The notes below the pieces were generated by a model. It did not search any database. It had not been told where the DNA came from and saw only the letters and a list, made by a program, of their open reading frames with translations. Source: Planctomycetota bacterium (GTDB lineage Bacteria; Planctomycetota; UBA1135; GCA-002686595). Taken from it: a stretch of DNA of 22,867 bases. The stretch spans positions 1-22,867 of the forward strand of contig JAJDEV010000081.1 in the NCBI GenBank assembly GCA_029259605.1, read 5' to 3'. Of this stretch, positions 17,435 to 22,867 are shown piece after piece. Position 1 is the first letter of the stretch. Each line of letters opens with the position of its first letter. A program made the translations under genes and the position numbers.

Positions 17435-17620
17435 CTGCTAGCCCGGGTTATTCATGAGGCTTTGCCGAGATCGACGCAGATGCGCGCCAGATCAGCGCTT
17501 CGCGACCGACGCGCGTGCTGGCGACCTTGACGGGTCGTCGACCCCGGTGAGGGAGGGAAGGGCTGAGATGGCGCGTAGCTGCGTCGATCTCGGTGAAGCC
17601 TCATGAATGATCTGGGCTAG
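17435..17620 (+). repeat. ~185-bp element with ~55-bp near-perfect inverted-repeat arms (17435-17489 / 17569-17620) and a 79-nt central loop, directly upstream of HMGR
   Basis: Core arms TTATTCATGAGGCTTTGCCGAGATCGACGCAGATGCGCGCCA (17448-17489) and TGGCGCGTAGCTGCGTCGATCTCGGTGAAGCCTCATGAATGA (17569-17610) match 37/42 as reverse complements. Four of the five mismatches become G-U pairs on the + strand RNA, leaving one A-G mismatch in 42 bp. Arms extend a further ~12 nt outward (GCTAGCCCGGG / CTGGGCTAG), again with wobble-compatible differences. The element ends 12 nt before the HMGR ATG (17632). Confidence 0.8.
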
Positions 17621-17631
17621 GATGCGCCGCG

Positions 17632-18831
17632 ATGAGCGTGCCCTTGCCCCCGATTCCCCGTCGGCGCGACGACGACCACGGCCCCGACGCTGTTCGCGAA
17701 CGGATCGAGCTCTGTGAGGAGGTGGCCGGCCGACCGCTGCCCTTCCTGCGCGGCGCCACCGTTCCCTCGGCCGAGGCGCGCGGGAACGTCGAGAACCTGA
17801 TCGGCTACGCCCAGGTTCCGATCGGGATCGCCGGACCGCTGCGCGTCGACACGAGCGCCGGCATCCGTGAGGTGTTCGTCCCGATGGCGACGACGGAGGG
17901 CGCGATGATCGCCTCGTACTCGCGCGGGATGAAGGCGCTCCGCGGCGCGAGCGCGCGCGCGCGCGTCCTTTCCGAGTCCCTGTCACAGCATCCCGTGCTG
18001 CTCTACGCGAACGCGGAGACGTGCGCGCGCGCCGCGGAGATCGCGCGCGAACAGGTGCCGCGGATGGAAGAGTTGACGCGCTCGATCACGACCCACGGTC
18101 GGTTGGTCGGCGTGAAGCCCGAACCGATCGGCCGCCGGCTCGTCCTGTGCCTCTCGTTCTCCACCGGCGACGCGATCGGGATCAACATGGCGGCGCACGC
18201 GGCCGAGCTGTGCTCCGCTCACCTCGCCGAATGCACGGGCGCGACCGATCGCTATGTGCACGGCGAGGACGTGGAGAAGCGTGCGAACACGCGCGCGTCG
18301 ATCGAGGGACGCGGGCGCACGGTCGTGTGCGACGCGACGATCCCGCGCGACGAGCTCGAGCGCGTCCTGCGCGTGACCCCCGAACAACTCGTCGCGATCC
18401 ACCGCACCTACAGCTTCGGCTTCGCGCGCCTGGGGACCGAGAACCAGCTCGTTCAATCCGCGAACGGGCTCGCGGGCGTGTTCGTCGCGTGCGGGCAGGA
18501 CGTCGCGTACGTCACCGAATCGGCGACGGGCGCGCTCGACTTCGAGGTCACTCCGAACGGAGACTGCTACGCGTCCGCGTACTTGCCGTCGCTGCTTGTC
18601 GGCACGGTGGGGGGAGGAAGCGCGCAAGGAACCGCGGCCGAGTGCCTCGCGTTGCTCGGCGTCGCCGGGACCGGCGGCGCCAACGTGTTCGCCGAGTTGA
18701 TCGGCGCGACCGTGCTCGCCGGTGACCTCTCGCTGCTCGCTTCGTTCTGCACGCACGAGTTCATCGCTGCGCACGAGCGTCTCGGACGCAACCGGCCGTC
18801 GACCGCTGCGCGGGGAGGCGACGCGACGTGA
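17632..18831 (+). CDS. Hydroxymethylglutaryl-CoA reductase, class I (NADPH-dependent, catalytic domain only, no membrane anchor)
   Basis: 399 aa. Class I signature blocks: ENLIGYAQVPIGIAGPL (human ENVIGYMPIPVGVAGPL), TGDAIGINM (DAMGMNM) and VGTVGGGS...ECLALLGV (GTVGGGT...ACLQMLGV). No N-terminal sterol-sensing/membrane domain. Confidence 0.9.
   Translation: MSVPLPPIPRRRDDDHGPDAVRERIELCEEVAGRPLPFLRGATVPSAEARGNVENLIGYAQVPIGIAGPLRVDTSAGIREVFVPMATTEGAMIASYSRGMKALRGASARARVLSESLSQHPVLLYANAETCARAAEIAREQVPRMEELTRSITTHGRLVGVKPEPIGRRLVLCLSFSTGDAIGINMAAHAAELCSAHLAECTGATDRYVHGEDVEKRANTRASIEGRGRTVVCDATIPRDELERVLRVTPEQLVAIHRTYSFGFARLGTENQLVQSANGLAGVFVACGQDVAYVTESATGALDFEVTPNGDCYASAYLPSLLVGTVGGGSAQGTAAECLALLGVAGTGGANVFAELIGATVLAGDLSLLASFCTHEFIAAHERLGRNRPSTAARGGDAT
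18813..18819 (+). promoter_or_regulatory. Shine-Dalgarno (GGGGAGG) inside the HMGR 3' end for the downstream coupled gene
   Basis: GGGGAGG 8 nt upstream of GTG 18828. HMGR stop TGA (18829-18831) overlaps that GTG (GTGA). Confidence 0.5.
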
Positions 18832-19658
18832 GCCGTTCGAAGAAGGAAGGCGCCGAGCCGTGGGTTCCGTGCGCGTACGCGCTGGTCGGCCTCACCGCGC
18901 TCTCGTTCGTGATCCTCGGAAGCCGCCCCGGCGGGCCCATGCCGACGTGGATCTACACGCGCGGTCTGATCGCCCTCGGGATGACGTCGGCGCTCTTGCT
19001 CGCGACGGCGCTCGCATGGAGCGCCTATCGCCGGCCGTTTCTGCAGCGCGGTCGCCTCGGCGGCCTCGCGTCCGTCGCCGGCGTGCTTTGGGTCGCGTCG
19101 TTCCCGCTCGCGTATCCGTCGTCGCACGACGGCCACCCGAGCCGGGTGGCCTTCCGCGTTCCGTTCGAGGGCGAGTGGATCGTCCGCGACGCGGGGAACG
19201 ACCGGATGGGGAACACGCTCGTGCTCCACCCGGCGACGCGCTTCGGCTACCGCTTCAAGCCGGCCGACGCCGGCTCCGGCGAGGTCGTCGCCCCGGCTGA
19301 CGGGACGGTCGTTCGCAGCGACGAGGCGCGGTGGGTCGCGCGGGTTGCCGAGGGCGAATACCTCGTTCTCGAGGGCCTGGGGCCCGTTTCTGACCCGACG
19401 GGGCCGGCGGCGCGGCACCGCGAGGTCGGGGCCTCCGTCGCCGCGGGGGACGCCCTCGGTCCGGGCGGCTCCGGCCCCGCCGGGCTCGTTCTCTACCTCG
19501 CGGACCAGGACCAGCCCCGGGCCGGCGAGGGCATTCCGCTCCGGTTCTCGGACACCCTGGCCGATGGACGGTCGCTCGGAGCCGCGAATCCGGCCCGCGG
19601 CCAGCGCGTCCGGGCCGTTTCCGAGATTCCGGACGCCGGGGAGCCCTCGCCGCGTTGA
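18828..19658 (+). CDS. Uncharacterized membrane protein (2 N-terminal TM helices) with possible degenerate LytM/M23-like beta-barrel domain
   Basis: 276 aa. GTG start with good SD, overlapping the HMGR stop. TM helices (ALVGLTALSFVILG; LIALGMTSALLLATALAWSA). Soluble part has Gly/Asp-spaced beta-strand patterning reminiscent of the M23/LytM fold (VVAPADGTVV...GEYLVLEGLG...VGASVAAGDALGPGGSGPAGLVLYLA), but without recognisable HxxxD/HxH catalytic histidines. Domain call is low-confidence. Confidence 0.55.
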   Translation: MSRSKKEGAEPWVPCAYALVGLTALSFVILGSRPGGPMPTWIYTRGLIALGMTSALLLATALAWSAYRRPFLQRGRLGGLASVAGVLWVASFPLAYPSSHDGHPSRVAFRVPFEGEWIVRDAGNDRMGNTLVLHPATRFGYRFKPADAGSGEVVAPADGTVVRSDEARWVARVAEGEYLVLEGLGPVSDPTGPAARHREVGASVAAGDALGPGGSGPAGLVLYLADQDQPRAGEGIPLRFSDTLADGRSLGAANPARGQRVRAVSEIPDAGEPSPR

Positions 19659-19783
19659 CAGGCGGCCGCATCCCGTTAACCTATTTCGCTTGAAATCCCG
19701 CGCGCGCCCGACCTCCATCCCGCCTTGCGGGTCGGGTCCTGCCGCCGACGGGATCCGCTTCGCTCGCCCCGACCCCGCCGCCC

Positions 19784-19802
19784 GGATTCCCGAGGGGAAT
19801 CC
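19784..19802 (+). other. Small hairpin in EF-G 5' leader (GGATTCCC-GAG-GGGAATCC)
   Basis: Perfect 8-bp inverted repeat with a 3-nt spacer, 25 nt upstream of the EF-G ATG. Confidence 0.4.
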
Positions 19803-19826
19803 CTGTCTCCAACCAAGCCAAGAGCC

Positions 19827-21938
19827 ATGTCGTCCGTCGTCAAAGCCCAACCGTCCGCCGACGCGAGCAACTTCGCCAAGCAACTCGTCAAGCGACGCAA
19901 CATCGGCATCATGGCCCACATCGATGCCGGCAAGACGACCGTCACCGAGCGGATCCTGTTCCTGTCGAGCAAGATCCACAAGACGGGTGAGGTTCACGAT
20001 GGCAAGGCCACGATGGACTTCCTCGAGGAAGAGCAGAAGCGCGGCATCACGATTCAATCGGCGGCGACGAGCGTTGAGTGGAAGGACCACTCGATCAACA
20101 TCATCGACACGCCCGGCCACGTCGACTTCACGGCCGAGGTCGAGCGTTCGCTGCGCGTCCTCGACGGTGCGGTCGCGGTGTTCGATGCGGTGCAGGGCGT
20201 CGAGGCGCAGTCGGAAACGGTCTGGCGCCAGGCGAACCGCTACGGCGTGCCGCGCATCTGCATGATCAACAAGATGGATCGCGTCGGCGCGGACTACTAC
20301 CGCGCGATCCAGACGATCACGGACCGCTTGAACGCGCGTCCGATCACGCTGCAGATGCCGGTCGGTCAAGAGAAGGACTTCAACGGCGTGATCGATCTCG
20401 TCGCGATGAAGATGTTCGAGTTCAACGAGGAGGACACGGGCAAGGCGTTCAACGAAGTGCCGATCCCGGACTCGTTGCGCGACGAAGCGGACTTGCATCG
20501 CCACGACCTGTGCGAGATCGCGGCCGAGTTCGACGAGGCGCTGCTCGACCTCTTCGTCGACGACCAGCCGATCCCCGAGGAGATGCTCAAGGCGGCGATC
20601 CGCAAGGGCACGCTCGGCATGGAAGTCACGCCGATCTTCTGCGGCTCCGCGCTCAAGGACAAGGGCATCCGCTTCCTCATGGACGCGGTGATCGACTATC
20701 TGCCGAGCCCGCTCGACATCCCGCCGGTCGAGGGCATCGACCCGAAGACGGACGGGCCCGCGACGCGCGCGGCCGATCCGAGCGAGCCGATGTCGATGAT
20801 GGCGTTCAAGACGGTCGCCGAGATCACGGGCGACCTGACGTTCGTTCGCGTCTACTCCGGCATCCTCAAGAAGGGCGTGCGCGTCCTGAACCCGCGCACC
20901 CGTAAGCACGAACGCATCGGGCGTTTGGTCCGTATTCACGCCAACAAGCGCGAGTCGGTCGACGAGGTGGGCGCGGGCGACATCGCCGCGGTGCTCGGCC
21001 TCAAGAACACGGCGACCGGCGACACGCTCTGCGACGAGAACGCGCCGATCCTGCTCAGCGAGATCCAGTTCCCGGACTCCGTCATCTCGATGTCGATCGA
21101 GCCGAAGTCGGGTCAGGACCGCGACAAGCTGACCGAGGTGATCTCGCGCATGATGCGTGAGGACCCGACGTTCCGCGCGCAGACGAACGAAGAGACCGGC
21201 GACCTGGTCATCTCGGGCATGGGCGAGCTGCACCTCGAAGTCACGGTCAACCGCATCGTCAACGAGTTCAAGTGCGAGGTGACCACGGGCCGCCCGAAGG
21301 TCGCGTACAAGCAGACGCTGCGGAAGACGAAGGAAGTCGAGACGCGCTACGTGCGCCAGTCCGGCGGCCGCGGTCAGTTCGCCGTCATCTACGTCCGCTA
21401 CGAAGTCGGCGAGCCGGAGGACGGCGTCTACGAGTTCGAATCGGCGATCAAGGGCGGCAACGTCCCGCGCGAATACATCGCCCCGGTCGGCGACGGCATC
21501 CGCGAAGGCGTGCTCGGCGGCGGCCCCGCGGGCTACCCGTTCGTCAACGTGCGCGCGGTCCTGTACGACGGCAAGGCGCACGACGTCGACTCGAGCGAGA
21601 TGGCGTTCCGCGCGGCGGGCGTCCAGTCGTTCCGCGAAGCCTGCGACGGCAACTCGGTCCTGCTCGAGCCGATCATGAAGATCGAAGTCCGCACGCCCGA
21701 GGAGTTCCTCGGAAGCGTCGTCGGCGACCTCAACTCGCGTCGCGGCGAGGTCTCCGAAGTCGAGGCCCTCGACGACCTCCGGATCGTCCGCGGCCTCGTG
21801 CCGATCTCGGAGATGTTCGCCTACACGTCCGCCCTGCGCGGCGCGACCCAGGGCCGCGGCTCGTTCGCCATGGAACTGCAGGAATACCGCCAAGTGCCGA
21901 ACTCCGTCGCGACGAAGGTGCTGGCCGGCGACGTCTAG
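19827..21938 (+). CDS. fusA: Translation elongation factor G family GTPase (EF-G paralog, likely EF-G2-like rather than the str-operon fusA)
   Basis: 703 aa from ATG 19827; the upstream part of the track ORF is Arg/Pro-rich and I exclude it. G1 [10 protein letters not shown]3 DTPGHVDF, G4 NKMD; EF-G domain IV/V blocks ([10 protein letters not shown]..., [27 protein letters not shown]). Several near-universal EF-G positions are substituted ([25 protein letters not shown] versus canonical [22 protein letters not shown].FW). No rpsL/rpsG/tuf neighbours. Confidence 0.9.
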   Translation: MSSVVKAQPSADASNFAKQLVKRRNIGIMAHIDAGKTTVTERILFLSSKIHKTGEVHDGKATMDFLEEEQKRGITIQSAATSVEWKDHSINIIDTPGHVDFTAEVERSLRVLDGAVAVFDAVQGVEAQSETVWRQANRYGVPRICMINKMDRVGADYYRAIQTITDRLNARPITLQMPVGQEKDFNGVIDLVAMKMFEFNEEDTGKAFNEVPIPDSLRDEADLHRHDLCEIAAEFDEALLDLFVDDQPIPEEMLKAAIRKGTLGMEVTPIFCGSALKDKGIRFLMDAVIDYLPSPLDIPPVEGIDPKTDGPATRAADPSEPMSMMAFKTVAEITGDLTFVRVYSGILKKGVRVLNPRTRKHERIGRLVRIHANKRESVDEVGAGDIAAVLGLKNTATGDTLCDENAPILLSEIQFPDSVISMSIEPKSGQDRDKLTEVISRMMREDPTFRAQTNEETGDLVISGMGELHLEVTVNRIVNEFKCEVTTGRPKVAYKQTLRKTKEVETRYVRQSGGRGQFAVIYVRYEVGEPEDGVYEFESAIKGGNVPREYIAPVGDGIREGVLGGGPAGYPFVNVRAVLYDGKAHDVDSSEMAFRAAGVQSFREACDGNSVLLEPIMKIEVRTPEEFLGSVVGDLNSRRGEVSEVEALDDLRIVRGLVPISEMFAYTSALRGATQGRGSFAMELQEYRQVPNSVATKVLAGDV

Positions 21939-21974
21939 GTAGGCGTCGGGCGGGCGAGGGTTCGCCGGTTCGGT

Positions 21975-22867
21975 CGAGTGTCGGGGGCAGGGAGTGCTGA
22001 CGTTCCTGTGAGCGCGAGGCGCCGGGTGGTTCGGTTGCGCGAATCGAATCGCGGAGGGAAGTTCCGAACGTCGTCCTTCGCTCCGGTGGAGGTCTCGGGG
22101 ACGGGGAGTTGTGGACGTTCGTTGGACCGTGACGGTGCGGGTGGGGTGGAAGTCCGAGGGACGGGAAGTCGTGCACGTCCGTCGGATCGTGACGGAGCAG
22201 GTGTTTCCGGGGATCGAATCGCCCTTGGAGACTCCGAACGTGTTCCTCTCCTCCGTTGGATCTCTCAGGGACGGGGAGTCGTGGACGTTCGTTATCGATT
22301 CACGCGCAGCGCTTCTCGCTGCTGCGGCACGGGCTCGCTTCGCTCGCGTGCCGGGGGGGGCACTGGAGTCGCGGGGAGTTGTGGGCGATCCCTACCGATT
22401 CGGGGCAACGGACCAGGCGAAGACGCGGCAGCGGTTGCGGTCTTCGGATCGACCGATGCCGATGAGACGTTCGGGGACTTGTCCGTTGGATCTCTCCGGG
22501 ACGGGGACTTGTTGACGTTCGTTATCGATTCACGCGCAGCGCTTCGCGCTGCTGCGGCACAGGCTCGCTTCGCTCGCGTGCCGCGGTTCGCAACGGAACA
22601 GGGGTTTGCACGGCAGCCGCGACGGCTCCGGAACGGCCGATGAGGGGTTCGGGGAGTTGTTGACGCTCGTTCGATCCTGACGGTCTGGGTGGTTCCGAGA
22701 AGTGACTCGCTCTTGGGGGTTCCGAACGTGTTCCTCTCCGCCGTTGGGTGTCTCAGGGACGGGGAGTTGTTGACGTTCGTTATCGATTCACGCGCAGCGC
22801 TTCGCGCTGCTGCGGCACAGGCTCGCTTCGCTCGCGTGCCGCGGGTCGCAACGGCCCAGGGGTTTAC
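21975..22867 (+). repeat. Mosaic tandem repeat array (non-coding), at least 8 copies of a ~26-nt core with two alternating flanking modules; ~240-bp higher-order period; continues beyond the window end
   Basis: Core GGGACGGGGAGTTGT(T/G)GACGTTCGTT at 22097-22123, 22156-22185, 22268-22293, 22498-22523, 22756-22781. Degenerate copies at ~21983-22010, 22371-22395, 22644-22672. Module Y2 (ATCGATTCACGCGCAGCGCTTCGCGCTGCTGCGGCACAGGCTCGCTTCGCTCGCGTGCCGCGG) follows the core at 22294-22355, 22524-22585 and 22782-22843, nearly identical each time. Module Y1 (CGATCCTGACGG...GGGTGG...) follows the other copies. An upstream segment (GAATCGAATCGC...TCCGAACGT.GT.C.TC) is also repeated at 22041-22080, 22212-22247 and 22721-22740. 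Confidence 0.85.

Noticed and set aside
22097-22123. Sigma-70 promoter reading of the core (TTGACG as a -35 element)
   Set aside because: No TATAAT-like hexamer 16-18 nt downstream; TATCGA follows after only 5 nt. The ECF-type GGGAC-N17-CGTT reading fits better and is reported separately as a hypothesis.
21978-22643. 221-aa and 134-aa + strand ORFs (21978..22643, 22111..22515) as tandem-repeat proteins
   Set aside because: The translation is low-complexity and simply mirrors the DNA repeats. Third-position GC is visibly lower than in the real genes of this window. No SD is present. These are better explained as non-coding repeats.
21975-22867. CRISPR array interpretation of the terminal repeats
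   Set aside because: Core spacing is irregular (59, 112, 230, 258 nt) rather than a fixed repeat+spacer period of ~60-75 nt. The 'spacers' themselves are repeated modules. No cas genes are present in the window.
21975-22867. Integron attC / gene-cassette array, or plasmid iterons
   Set aside because: There are no cassette ORFs between units and no intI. Units are 100-150 bp mosaics rather than 57-141-bp imperfect palindromes bounded by GTTRRRY. Iterons would be ~20 bp at a helical-phase spacing.
1-22867. tRNA, rRNA or tmRNA genes
   Set aside because: No GGTTCGAATCC-type T-loop with matching acceptor-stem geometry and no rRNA-like conserved tracts were seen. The GAATCGAATCGC segments in the repeat array lack cloverleaf partners.

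Overview
Very high-GC (roughly 70% by eye) chromosomal segment of a bacterium. Candidate phyla are Gemmatimonadota, Myxococcota or Actinomycetota, but the sequence alone does not decide. I support 14 protein-coding genes and no rRNA, tRNA or CRISPR array. In order: a membrane H+/Na+-pyrophosphatase (-), a DedA membrane protein (-), an NfeD-flotillin operon (+), a convergent MauE/DoxX + thioredoxin-like membrane protein (-), an acyl-CoA ligase followed by an RND efflux pair with periplasmic adaptor and permease but no outer-membrane factor (+), a TerC-family membrane protein (+), a secreted M14 zinc carboxypeptidase with a C-terminal amidotransferase-like domain immediately followed by an orphan beta-class DNA amino-methyltransferase (+), a stand-alone class I (eukaryote/archaea-type) HMG-CoA reductase catalytic domain translationally coupled to an unknown membrane protein (+), and a divergent EF-G paralog (+). 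Because of the GC content the six-frame track is full of long Arg/Asp/Gly-rich antisense and frameshifted ORFs, which I reject. The two features with no obvious explanation are both non-coding. The first is a ~185-bp element with ~55-bp near-perfect inverted-repeat arms directly upstream of the HMGR start; its mismatches are almost all G-U-compatible on the + strand, implying RNA-level structure. The second is a ~900-bp mosaic tandem repeat array starting right after the EF-G stop and running off the window edge. It is built from a ~26-nt core (GGGACGGGGAGTTGTTGACGTTCGTT, resembling GGAAC-N17-CGTT ECF-sigma promoters) alternating with two flanking modules, one of which carries conserved perfect hairpins. 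It has a ~240-bp higher-order period and is not CRISPR-like.
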